From the NCBI GenBank assembly GCA_032718475.1, contig JAUCBJ010006712.1, forward strand, positions 1 to 54,732: DNA of 54,732 bases, given 5' to 3'. Positions within the stretch are counted from its first letter, which is position 1. Every line of letters begins with the position of its first letter. The notes under the pieces were generated by a model. That model did no database searches and was not told the origin of the DNA. It saw only the letters and a program-made list of their open reading frames with translations. A program made the position numbers and the translations under genes. The stretch comes from Nemertoderma westbladi (taxonomy: Eukaryota > Animalia > Xenacoelomorpha). Below, piece by piece: positions 40,209 to 52,147 of this stretch.

Positions 40209-40214
40209 AATAAA
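40209..40214 (+). terminator. Candidate HBS1L polyadenylation signal AATAAA
   Basis: First AATAAA I found after the stop codon, about 350 bp downstream, followed by T-rich sequence. Confidence 0.45.
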
Positions 40215-40538
40215 GCGGAATATTTAAAATGATTAGTGATATTCTACTATTCGATTTAGTTCATTGACTGTTTGTTAAATACCCGCTCCCATACAGAGGT
40301 ACGTTTCCGGGAGAGGGGAGGGGTGGGGGGCTAGGTGGCACCCCCCACTCCCGAAATTCTGAAAGTGTCCCAATATGGTGGGGTAATGATTGTTAAAATT
40401 TTGAAAACATCTAGTTGGACTTTTTTTATAGAGAGTACAATGTTTTAGATGTAAAATAAACAAGCAAAATTAAAGCTGTATTATTGTTTCGGGTATAACT
40501 AAGTCTACATTTTGTAATTCTCACTCACTAGACGATGC

Positions 40539-40610
40539 AGCAGCTTGGTCTAGTGGTGACATTCCTGACCTTCCAATCAGGAGGCCCTGGTTCGATCCCT
40601 GGATGGGGCA
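40539..40610 (+). pseudogene. tRNA-Gly(TCC)-like pseudogene or tRNA-derived SINE head
   Basis: A box TGGTCTAGTGG, anticodon stem CCTGA/TCAGG around loop CCTTCCAA, B box GGTTCGATCCC. The acceptor stem does not pair and the T stem has a mismatch. Confidence 0.6.
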
Positions 40611-40667
40611 GTGCTGCCTCACTGTTTGGGTGCAGTTCTTTAATTGTTTACTGATGTTTACTAAAGA

Positions 40668-42739
40668 TTTACTGTGGAAGATCACCCATGGTGGTGAACA
40701 GGAATTCATTTAGAAAACAGTGTGGACGGGTTTACTGTGGAAGATCACCTTATGGTGGTGGACCGGCATTCCTTTAGGAAACAGAGTGAAATGGCTTACT
40801 ACGGACGATTACCCATGGTGGTGAACAGGCATTCCTTTAGGAAAGAGTTTGGAAGGGTTTACTGTTGAAGATAACCAATGGTGGTGAACAGGCATTCCTT
40901 TAGGAAAAAGAGTGGACGGGTTTACTGTGGAAGATCACACATGGTGGGTGGTGAACAGACATTCATTTAGGAAAGAGTTTGGAAGGGTTTACTGTGGAAG
41001 ATAACCCATGGTGGTGAACAGGCATTCCTTTAGGAAACAGAGTGGAAGGGTTTATTGTGGAAGATCACCCATGGTGGTGAACCGGCATTCATTTAAGAAA
41101 CAGAGTGGAAGGGTTTACTGTGGAAGATCAACCATGGTGGTAAACAGGCATTCCTTTAAGAAACAGAGTGGAAGGGTTTACTGTGGAAGATCACCCATGG
41201 TGGTGAACAGGAATTCCTTTAGGAAACAGCGTGGAAGGGTGTACTGTGGAAGATCACCCATGGTGGTGAACAGGAATTCCTTTAGGAAGCAGAGTGGAAG
41301 GGTTTACTGTGGAAGATCACCCATGGTGGTGAATAGGTATTCCTTTATGAAACAGAGTGGAAGGGTTTACTGTGGAAGATCAACCATGGTGGTGAACAGG
41401 CATTCATTTAAGAAACAGAGTGGAAGGGTTTACTGTGGAAGATCAACCATGGTGGTAAACAGGCATTCCTTTAAGAAACAGAGTGGAATGGTTTACTGTG
41501 GAAGATCAACCATGGTGGTAAACAGGCATTCCTTTAAGAAACAGAGTGGAAGGGTTTACTGTGGAAGATCACCCATGGTGGTGAACAGGCATTCCTTTAG
41601 GATACAGAGTGGAAGGGTTTACTGTTGAAGATCACTCATGGTGGTGGACAGACATTCCTTTATGAAACGGAGTGGAAGGGTTTACTGTGGAAGATCACCC
41701 ATGGTGGTGAATAGGAATTCCGTTAGGAAACAGAGTGGAAGGGTTTACTGTGGAAGATCACCCATGGTGGTGAATAGGCATTCCTTTATGAAACAGAGAG
41801 GAAGGGTTTACTGTGGAAGATCACTCATGGTGGTGAACAGGCATTCCTTTAGGAATCAGAGAGGAAGGGTTTACTGTGGAAGATCACTCATGGTGGTGAA
41901 CAGGCATTCCTTTAGGAAACAGAGTGGAAGGGTTTACTGTGGAAGATCACTCATGGTGGTGAACAGGCATTCCTTTAGGAATCAGAGAGGAAGGGTTTAC
42001 TGTGGAAGATCACTCATGGTGGTGAACAGGCATTCCTTTAGGAAACAGAGTGGAAGGGTTTACTGTGGAAGATCACCCATGGTGCTGAATAGGCATTCCT
42101 TTATGAAACAGAGAGGAAGGGTTTACTGTGGAAGATCACTCATGGTGGTGATCAGGCATTCCTTTAGGAATCAGAGAGGAAGGGTTTACTGTGGAAGATC
42201 ACTCATGGTGGTGAACAGGCATTCCTTTAGGAAACAGAGTGGAAGGGTTTACTGTGGAAGATCACCCATGGTGGTGAATAGGCATTCCTTTATGAAATAG
42301 AGAGGAAGGGTTTACTGTGGAAGATCACTCATGGTGGTGAACAGGCATTCCTTTAGGAAACAGAAGGGAAGGTTTTACTGTGGAAGATCACCCATGGTGG
42401 TGAATAGGCATTCCTTTATGAAACAGAGTGGAAGGGTTTACTGTGGAAGATCACCCAAGGACCCAAGGTGGTGATCAGGCATTCATTTAGGAAACAGAGT
42501 GGAAGGGTTTACTGTGGAAGATCACCCATGGTGGTGAACAGGCATTCCTTTAGGAAACAGAGTGGAAGGGTTTACTGTAGAAGATCACCCATGGTGGTGA
42601 ACAGGCATTCCTTTAGGAAACTGAGTGGAAGGTTTTACTGTGGAAGATCACCCATGGTGGTGAATAGGCATTCCTTTAGGAAACAGAGTGGAAGGGTTTA
42701 CTGTGGAAGATCACCCATGGTGGTGGACCGACATTCCTT
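40668..42739. repeat. 63-bp minisatellite, ~33 moderately diverged units
   Basis: Consensus tttactgtggaagatcacccatggtggtgaacaggcattcctttaggaaacagagtggaaggg. Confidence 0.95.
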
Positions 42740-42862
42740 GTCTTAACGTGCCTAAAAGATTATCCCATTCATTTTGTCATTCTCGATATAACAAAGCAAA
42801 TCTTGTAATAAATGAATAAATATACTATTTAAAAAACCAACAACAACTGTTAATGAAGCCAA

Positions 42863-43427
42863 CTACACTTTGTGGCTGACTAGGCCTATGTCCTCAAATA
42901 TGAACTTATAATTTGCATCAGCAATTGCCATGAGTACAATTGAAAATAAACCTTTATAGTTGTAATATAAAGTCCCGCTATTGGATGGTGCCTTTTTGGC
43001 AGCATATTTCCCATCCAGAGCGCCTATACAGTTGGGAAAGTGCCACAGCCTCCAAAAGTTATCAGCGATCTCATTAATTAAATTGGATTGTGATGGCCGT
43101 TTAATATAATCTTTAAGGTTACGCCATAATGCGTCACACGTAGGGCCTACTGTATCTTTTATAATTACAGAAACAACCAAATTAGGAACTTATTGCGCGT
43201 TTTCATTGCATATTAATAATTGCAAAAAGTGTGAAATTAAGTACATAAAATTAATACAAAAAATATTACAAACTTATAAATTATTGTCAATATAAATAAA
43301 GTCTGAAGCCAGTAATATTATTTATGTATAGTATAAACGGGTGTGTCTGTATCAGATGCCTGTCTGATATCAGACGGGTCTTCAGACCTCAGACGCGTCT
43401 GACATCACACTGTGTATAAACGGGCCT
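42863..43427 (-). mobile_element. PIF/Harbinger transposon remnant: transposase fragment plus one terminus
   Basis: ORF 42863-43180 reads WHFPNCIGALDGKY...APSNSGTLYYNYKGLFSIVLMAIADANYKFIFEDIG (Harbinger/HARBI1-type DDE core). Terminus gtgtataaacgggcct followed by tta at ~43427. Confidence 0.82.
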
Positions 43428-44523
43428 TTAGTCTGATTCTCAAGATCTTTATATGTTGCCTGTGTATCTTGAGCATATCAAGTTAGAAGAAACTGCTGAA
43501 GAAATTCAGTTATTGAATTATTAACCTAGACTTTAAGCACCACAACCCTAATGGAGATACTTCGCCTCATCAATTAAACTCAATAGTTTCGTTTTCTGAT
43601 CCAGGCTTCCATTTGCAATGGTGATGGAACTGATCGATTTCTTTAAGTATTACTTATTCCTACGAGCGAACTTCACTCGTAAAAGTGCAGCTGTACACAT
43701 TCAGTCAATCGCTTTCCACTAAACGAGTATTGGTTAGTAGTTGAGTTGCTACAAAAACAAACTACGTCAGAGTTTAATATTGTCCAATGCGGTGAAGGCT
43801 GGGGAAATATAATTGTTTATACAATACAAAAAATACGAATGTGATTGTTGATTGGTTTATTTAGAAGCATTTTTATACGTACATAATACCTGTAGTATAG
43901 TATACTAACATGTAACTGACTTATTATTGTGTTATTATTTCGCTGGTCAATGCACCCTGTCAGCTGAATGAGTAATGGAGAACAATGTAGGCCTACTTGT
44001 ACTGTACGAACTTGTTTATTACATAACTTATTAAATAATACAGTATGTACAATAATACTGTAAGGTACTCCACTACAGAATATATTATTGCAATATTGAA
44101 CTGTTTAATTACTAACTATTTACTATATTGTGTATAATAATGTAGGACTTTATCTCACGCCGGTCCCGAGTGTTAATATTTACTCGAACGAGCGAAATAT
44201 TGAAACCAGCTGATACTATGAACTTGTACTTTATTCTTTATACTATTAGTTTTTTCCCTGTATATTTATTATATATTTTATTTTTACTGATCTTGGGCGG
44301 ATCAGATAATTTTATATATTGGTACAGTACTGTACATAAAGTAAGTCTCCTACTCATTCACACAATGCGTAAAACAGTACATTTTTTATAAACCAGCAAG
44401 CATGTTCTAGAACAACAATTTAAAAATAACAAAAACTAGCTCTGCTACTATATTAATGTTGAACTATTTTAAAAAATGTAATAGAATTATAAAAATAATA
44501 GCTAACATGTTGATTAACATAAT

Positions 44524-46110
44524 GTGTTTAACGCCGGTGTTATTCATTCTGGTGCTAATTTATCGGGACATAGCCCCATTTTCTTAAAGCTACAATTAAC
44601 TGATACATTACATGTTGGGGAACATTCTTGCACTGCTACCCGTAAAAGTAATATTAATTTTATTCGTGCATCGACCGACCAGCAACGGTTGTTTAAGAAT
44701 ATATTATGTAATGTTTTAGGCAATTTAAGTAATGATTCAGTTACTGATGCTTGTATTAATTGTACAGACATATTTTGTGTTAATATTAGTCAAGAATTGG
44801 TGCTGAAAAATACGCGTTTGATATTTTAGAGTCCATTGACAAATGTGCAACTGAGTGTCTAAATATTTATGCACACCATGTTGGTACATTCAATTCCGCT
44901 GATAGGCCAATCCTCCCAGGTTGGAATGAACACGTCAGACCTTTTAAAGATGAATCTATTTTTTGGCACAGTAGTGTCTAGGTCTACGCGGGTTGCCCCA
45001 ATGCTTCCGTAAATCCGCAATTGTATCACTGTCGGCGAGTTTCTAGATTACAATATAGATATGCCGTGCGGCGTCTCAAATGGTCAGTTAATAATGTTCA
45101 GCATGATAAATTGGTAGAAGCCTGTTTGGCTAATAATCTTCAGATATTCACCGAGATTAAGAAATTGCGTAGGGTTGCTCCTTCTGTGAGTTCTAGAATA
45201 GACGATTGTGTCACCCCTCAGTCAATTGCTGATAAATTCGGGTCTATTTATGCTACATTGTTTAACCAACCGTATAATTCGGAACTCGATAACTTGAAAC
45301 ATGAAATAGAAGATACATTACACGAGTGTAATGTTGATTCTCTGCCTTTTGTCTCACCTGAGTTCATTGTGGCTGCACTGCACAAATTAAAAAGTTCCAA
45401 AACAGATGTTCTTTACGGTTTCGATTCAGACTGCCTGATTGATGCAGGTACCGACTTTCACGAGCACATTGCCAAATTATTTAAGGGGTTTCTTTTTCAC
45501 GGCTTCGTACCTCAGTTCTTATTAATTTGCGTTATTCTCCCCCTTTTAAAGAATAAACTCGGAGATCTATCCGATTCGAGTAATTATCGTGCGAATGCCT
45601 TGTCGTCACTGATTATTAAATTGTTTGATTGGGTCATGCTACTCGCGCAGAGTGACCGTTTGTCTCTTGATGAAGTTCAGTTCAGTTTCCAGACATGGGC
45701 GAGTACCACAAAGTGTACCTGGGCAGCGTCGGAGATCATTGGATACTACTACCGTTACTCGACACCAGTCTACGGTTGTTTGCTCGATCTGAAGAAAGCG
45801 TTCGACATGGTCGAGTGGTGTAAACTCTTTTTAGAGTTAATAAAGAAAGGGTTCTCCCCATTATTTCTCAGAGTCCTTCTGTGGATTTATTCTAACCAGT
45901 CCTGGTGTGTTCGATGGGATGGCGCACATTCTTCTTCGTTTAATATATCTAATGGGGTAAGAGGGCTCTGTTGCCTCTCCAATACTTTTCTGCATTGTAC
46001 TTGATATTCTTCTGATTCGGTTACAGAAAGCTAAAGTTGGTTGTCATATAGGTGCATTTTATTCTGGAGCTATAGCGTATGCAGACGATCTCTTTCTGCT
46101 CTGTCCTTCA
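44524..46110 (+). mobile_element. Degraded non-LTR retrotransposon (CR1/L2/jockey-like group), cut off at its 3' side by the RTE copy
   Basis: LSGHSPIFL (APE end), PILPGWNEHVRPFKDESIFWH, SSNYRANALSS, LLDLKKAFDMV, NGVR and AIAYADDLFLL RT motifs, with stops and frameshifts. Confidence 0.8.
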
Positions 46111-46116
46111 ATGACT

Positions 46117-47349
46117 GGTAATATCTCCTTTGCAGAAGTGAAGGCTGCTGCAAAGAGTATTAAGACCAATCGTGCCAGTGGAGTAGATGGTGTTCCTCCT
46201 GAGGTCTTTAAAATACCTGAGTGTTTAAAGCTCATCTATCCCATCATAGTAGACATGTACCGAACATCAAGAGTCCCACAAGAAATGAAAACAAATAAGT
46301 TGGTGCTAGTTCCCAAGAAGGGACACTCTATGGTTCTTTTCGGGGAATCTCATTGATCTCGATTGCTGCAAAGCTATACAATAGAATTATATTAAATCGC
46401 ATCAGGGATCCCATTGAGAGACTGCTCCGTGGAAATCAGAATGGGTTCCGTAAAGGTCGTGGGACCATGGAGCCCATTTTGGCACTAGAAGGATAATTGA
46501 AGAGTTATCAAAAAAGAAAGATAGGCATAGCTGGCTGTTATCTTTGTTGACTTTTTCAAGGCCTTTGATTCAGTCTCTCGCTCACGTATGTTCAGCATAC
46601 TTTCATTATATTGGATTCCTGATGAAATTATTGCAGCAATCAGATCAGTATACGACGTCTACTGTTGATGGTTACATAACCATTTGAAGTGTTATGGGGC
46701 GTCCTCCAGGGGGACACACTTGCACTTGTGGTTGACTATGTTATACGCATGTCCTTAGATCATCATAATGATGATGGGCTGATGATAACTCCACCTACTG
46801 GCTCCAGAAGTCAAGGAAATCCTGCCAAGTACCTAACTGATCTAGACTTTGCTGGTGACTTAGGAGTACTCTAAGAATCACTAGAGGGAGCCCAACGGCT
46901 TCTCGGCTCATTAGAACATGCTGCTTCTAGTGTTGGTCTTTTTATTAACTCCAGGAAGACCAAAATTTTGACAGTTAACTTTGAAAGTCCTCAGCAAGTC
47001 TGTGATCGGATGAGCATAAGCTCAAAGGATGGTATGCTTGAGCATGTGGACGACTTCTGTTACCTGGGATCATGGATCCGGAAGTCAGGTGAGGACCTTC
47101 GAATACGTAAGGGAAAGGCATGGGTAGCCTTGAATAGGCTTTCCAGGATTTGGAAGTCACCGAGAATTAATCGGAAACTTAAGGTCCAATTATTTAGAGC
47201 AGCAGTAGTTCCAGTACTCCTCTATGGGAGTCCATGCTGGGCTCTAACTGCTGAGGACACCAAATCTCTGGATGGCACATTCACAAGAAGGCTACGCCGG
47301 GTTCATTGTGTCAAGTACAATGCACACATCTCCAACCAGACACTATATA
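46117..47349 (+). mobile_element. Second, truncated copy of the RTE LINE at the window start
   Basis: Near-identical to ~769-2041 (atctcctttgcagaagtgaaggctgc...cactatata), with independent small deletions and stops. Confidence 0.92.
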
Positions 47350-47904
47350 CAGTACAGGCCACCAGAAAAAGCAGATTTCATCCAATGTGATGATCACATG
47401 TGAGCACATTTGTTCAAGTCATCTGATTGGCAGGTTATGGCGAGTTATCTTCTAGATCACACAGCAGGAGGCTGACTTGCTGGGACCGACAAAGGCTTTT
47501 TCTCTAGTGGTAGGACTGTATATTGAATTAAGCTTAACAGGGTCACATTATGACAATTGACAATAACAATAACAATTCGGACAGATAAGGCCCTATATCC
47601 AGCTTAGTTATTATATCAGATTAGAGTTGCTAGGAGTAACAGTTGTAAATATATGGTAAACAATAAACTTTATAAAATAAAAATATACTAGACCGACGGG
47701 CGTGCTGACTCACAACCAAGCCACAAAATAGAAGGCACGGCACATCAATAAACATAAAAAAAAAAATAATATAATGTAGCAACATACAGTGAAATTTAAT
47801 TTACATTACCAAATGAATCTATTTAATTAGCTAACAAAGACAGTTGAAGGGAAAAGGTATATATGCAAGCAAGTAAGTAAATATTTTGGGCTAATGGTTT
47901 TGTT

Positions 47905-48617
47905 TTATTGTGAAAGTAGCCGAAAACGCTGAGTAGAGACAATAAAGGTGTTTAGAAGGGAGAAATATTTGTTGTAATCGGTCGCAGATATACCTTGTCC
48001 CTCTAATACGGAGTTTAATGACAGTGAAGCCCCTAGAGCTTCCAACCCAACCTTCAGTGTACGGCGGGCACCAGAGTAACTCGGACAAGTTATAAAAAAG
48101 TGAAAGGCGTTTTCTGTGGCAGCACCGCATGAGGTGCACTCAGGTGAGTCCTGAAGGTGCCTGGATGCTGGATACCATGTCTGCAGATAATTCACTACAC
48201 CGCAGTCGCAACTGGCAGACAATGATTTGAAATTTGCGGGTTCCAACACAGTAAAATGGTTTGATAACATTATTTGAAATGAGTCGGGATTTAAACGTCG
48301 GGAGAGGGAGTGAACGTGTTGAAAAAGGGAGATCGTTCCATGTTTTTATAGTGTTTGGAAAGAAAGATTTGCCATAAAGGTCTTTACGGTACTGTACGAT
48401 ATTTGGGAAATGTTGGCGCTGTTTCTGAGAGGGTAACTATGTGATGGGTTTTGCCCTACTGTAATTGGGATTCTGGAAAATAAGTACTCCGGAGTTAACT
48501 TGTTAATAATTTTATAAAAAGTTATTAAGTTATGGCTGAGCGCCTGGAAGAGAGACTCTGTATGTTGCATTCGGTATATAACTTGCTATGTGAAGTGCGA
48601 GATGGAGCACCAGTGGC
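47905..48617 (-). mobile_element. 3' fragment of a CR1-group LINE with C-terminal zinc knuckle
   Basis: FYKIINKLTPEYL, YPLRN and SPECTSCGAATENAFHFFITCPSY (CCHC) on the minus strand, frameshifted. Confidence 0.7.
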
Positions 48618-49298
48618 AATGTCTCTAAGTTTCGTCTACAGTATATTATGACGGATTCCAAGGGGGTTGAAATATTGTGCCATCGCGATGCACCACAATT
48701 AAATTGATAACAATATAACACATTTATGAAATATCAATGACTCAAGAAATAACTTCCTGCGTGCTGCAAATGTCATCAAATGAGTCCAAACTTAGTTAGA
48801 TACCAAAATTTTGAATTTGGGATCAAGTGAAATAGTGCCACAAGCACATAGCCAGAACCTACCATTTGGCACATGTGACTATTCTTCGCGATGGACAACT
48901 TTTAGTTCTCCTACTGCATTAATATTATGCTCATTAGAACCGCAATGACCGATTTAGTGGGGGTAGACACCATCAAAACAAGCATAGAGCGAATAGATCT
49001 TGAGATATTGCAGAAAATGTGAAGTCCGGCACAAGTCTACTGTACATTACCGCCTTGAGCCGATATGAACAAATACACTAAAAATGATACATTGAATTAT
49101 CGCAAGGAATCAAGAATAGACACATCACAGAAAATGATCGATGTAGTGGGTGTAGACGTGTGGCATGTAATTTTAACCACAACAATAAACTAAACAACAA
49201 TAGAACAGGTTACAGTTTTATTTTTGAGAGCGTTATTGGTCAGCTGTTATTTGCGTTGAATTTCCCTTGGAGAGGGATGAATTTTTATTGCGTCCAGT

Positions 49299-49329
<31 letters not shown>

Positions 49330-49906
49330 TATGTGCAATATTCTTTCATTATGAAGGTGTCTGTATACAATAAATCAATTCGTTGCAGTGACGTGTATAT
49401 TTTTGATTCTAGATAAAAAGAAGTAACATTTTTAGTGTATTTGTCTAAACATCATCAAGGCACTAATGTTAACTTGTGCCGGACTTAACATTTTCTGCAA
49501 TATCTCAAGAACTATTCGCTCTACGCCCGTTTTGATGGTGTCTACCCCCACTAAATCGGTCATTGCGGTTATAATGAATCTACGGCATAATATTTATGCA
49601 GTAGGAGAACTAAAAGTTGTCCATCGCGAAAATTTACAGTAGAATAAGAGTCATTTGCGCCAAAGAGTAGGTTCTGGCTATGTGCTTGTGGCACTATTGC
49701 CCTTGATCCCAAATTAAAAATTAAGGTATTTAACTAAGTCTGGACCCATTTGATGACATTTGAGGCATGCAGGAAGTTATTTCTTGAGTCATTGATATTT
49801 CATTAATGTGTAATAATGCTATAAATTTCATTGTGGTGCATCGCGATGGCTCAATATTTCAACTCCCCTGGGATCCGTCAAGATATCTACGAAATTTAGA
49901 GATATT
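48618..49906. mobile_element. Foldback / non-autonomous DNA element with ~420-bp inverted arms (48618-49036 and 49472-49906)
   Basis: Arms are reverse complements, e.g. gccatcgcgatgcaccacaat / attgtggtgcatcgcgatggc and gatttagtgggggtagacaccatcaaa / tttgatggtgtctacccccactaaatc. The spacer contains a poly-C tract. Confidence 0.85.
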
Positions 49907-50463
49907 TTTTTTCCCTTAATTTTTTACCATTTGGCAACTTTTGCGCATCGGTAGAACAATGAAATCGAAAAAAAGTAAAAAAACTCACCGCCCTACTACT
50001 CACCTGCCTATGTACAATACAAACTTAATGCATTTATAAGTTAATGAGTCAAAACTGCGAGCCATTAGCAATCTGTTAATTATACTATGGCTGTTTTCTA
50101 AAAGTCAAGAGGGGGTGGGGTGTGTGTGTTTACGAATTACCTAGCACGCTAACTTTGAGTGAGAAGTTTCTATACAAAGTGATAACACCAAAATAGTGCT
50201 AACACCACTCAGAAAATGAATCCTCAATGTCAAATTTATATATTTTTGAGGTCAAAAAGGCATGATCCCACTTTCGCCAAATCGGCAACTTATGAGAAAA
50301 AATGCACAGATTCTATGTTTCCTATAGCGACCTCATTGGGAACAACATATAACTATAATCCTAACATTTAGTCCTTTATGAAAACCACTGACCGTAATTA
50401 ACTTTATTTACATGGTCCTCCTAACTTTCGCATTGTTAGCATTTTAGAAAAAACTTTGTTAAA

Positions 50464-50836
50464 AGGCCCGTTTCCGCGCGGCTTTTTTTTAGCTTTATTT
50501 CAAGCTTTTTTTGTTAAATCAATTTCTAGTAATTCATTGCTTCAAGATGAATCTGAAAATTTTGGAATGTTAAAACCTAAAATGTAGAATAAAGCTTGAA
50601 AAAAAGCTCCAACAAAAGCTTGAAAAAAGCTCAAAAAAAAGCTCATAATTATCGAATTCTAGAACATTCATATTATATCTCATTTTAACTGAACGTTAGA
50701 AAAGGCATAGCAAGCTTTCAAAAAAAGCTCAAAAAAAGCTCAAAAATAAGCTCAAAAAAAGCTTGAAAAAAAGCTCGAAATACAGCTTAAAAAAGGCTCA
50801 GAAACCGCACATAAAAAATCTCGCGGAAACGGGCCT
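50464..50836. mobile_element. MITE, probably Harbinger type
   Basis: 15-bp perfect TIR AGGCCCGTTTCCGCG / CGCGGAAACGGGCCT, internal AAAAAAGCT repeats in both orientations. TSD not clean. Confidence 0.75.
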
Positions 50837-51130
50837 ATAAAGCCTCACAGTATACTAACTATTTATTATATTGCGTACATGTATGTATGACTTTGTCTGA
50901 CGCCAATCCGGGATGACATTATTTTCATAAAGTATTATTAATTAACAATTACATTTCATTTGTATATATATTGCGATTATTTTTCATAGAGAATACAGAC
51001 AAAGTCAATTAGACAGGAATGAGTTAGTTTATTTATGCTACGTAATTCTTAAAAATTTTCAGTTGATTCAGATATAATATTATTCTTATAATTTTTTATG
51101 AAAAGGTAGCAAATAATTTAATACTGTTGA

Positions 51131-52147
51131 TCATTCACTGATAGTAATGGAATCAACACTATAGTCCAAAATAACTTCCAGCCATTCATCCCTTTCTGCT
51201 ACACTTTCAAACCAGATATCCTTGATGACATGCTTGCTCTTCCAGCCTAAGAGGTTGTACATACCTTGAATTCGACTCTGACCCGAATTTCTCAACCTAA
51301 TCCCAGATGTTATCATCAAACAACCATTAAGGGTATCTTCCTCTCGTGTAAGAGGTGCTGCTACAAACGTTTCTAGGTCGTATACCTTTACAAATTGTAC
51401 TCGAATTTCAGGCTTCTCTATGCTTGGGGTCAATCTCAACTCCATTCGGTTCTTCAGATTGTAGATCATTTCGCCCCAAAACGGTTTCATCTTTTCCTTT
51501 TTGTACAGGTATATGAGTCCTTCCTTAACCAACTGATATGATTTCTTGGTACTTGTGTTGTATTTCTCAAAGAAGTTGAACAGAATGTCAACATCATCTT
51601 TATCAGCGGCGTGTATGAAATAAATTTGTTTCTCTTTCTTAAACTCCTGATAGATTACAAGTCCACCACCAAGGCCTGGTTGAAGATATTTCATCCCTTC
51701 TAATTCAAGGTATGCGCGATCGCATCGATTCGTTCTATACACCTCGAGGGGGTAACTTCCAAATACTTTACATAACCAGTGAACAATTGCCCAATTCGTC
51801 GGCGTCGCACTTCTGTCTTCTGTCCTCCTTCTTTCGTCCTCCTTTTTGTCAAATCTAAACATTGTGCGAAATGGCACATATGACAGCGAATTATAAGTGT
51901 CTGTACGCCTACTTTCTATCTTTTTACAATTTTTAGTTAAAATTCGTTTTCCTAGTGATAATTCTAAGAGGTTGGCCTCTAACACCATCTCGGCGGAAAC
52001 AACCCAAAATGATGAACTTTCCAGGTCTTCGGAAAGTCTTTCCAGTTCCTGACCTATGTAATATCTTTTCAGGATTTCAGTTCTCTTTTCCTCCGCGGTT
52101 TGCCCTGCTTCTAGTAGTCGACGATTATTGCATCGAATTCGAGACAT
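51131..52147 (-). CDS. Intronless 338-aa ORF, probable PH-domain-like protein (possibly tandem PH)
   Basis: True ATG at 52147 and a long ORF in AT-rich DNA. LVKEGLIYLYKK...KPFW and IWFESVAERDEWLEVI resemble the first strand and terminal helix of a PH domain. Minus-strand AATAAA at ~51028-51033. Confidence 0.6.
   Translation of the reverse strand: MSRIRCNNRRLLEAGQTAEEKRTEILKRYYIGQELERLSEDLESSSFWVVSAEMVLEANLLELSLGKRILTKNCKKIESRRTDTYNSLSYVPFRTMFRFDKKEDERRRTEDRSATPTNWAIVHWLCKVFGSYPLEVYRTNRCDRAYLELEGMKYLQPGLGGGLVIYQEFKKEKQIYFIHAADKDDVDILFNFFEKYNTSTKKSYQLVKEGLIYLYKKEKMKPFWGEMIYNLKNRMELRLTPSIEKPEIRVQFVKVYDLETFVAAPLTREEDTLNGCLMITSGIRLRNSGQSRIQGMYNLLGWKSKHVIKDIWFESVAERDEWLEVILDYSVDSITISE

Noticed and set aside
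40539-40610. Functional tRNA-Gly gene
   Set aside because: Acceptor stem unpaired, 8-nt anticodon loop and T-stem mismatch; kept only as a pseudogene or SINE head.
41008-42746. Plus-strand ORFs MVVNRHSFRKQSGRVYCGRSP
   Set aside because: Translation of the 63-bp minisatellite, with sporadic stops and no recognisable domain.
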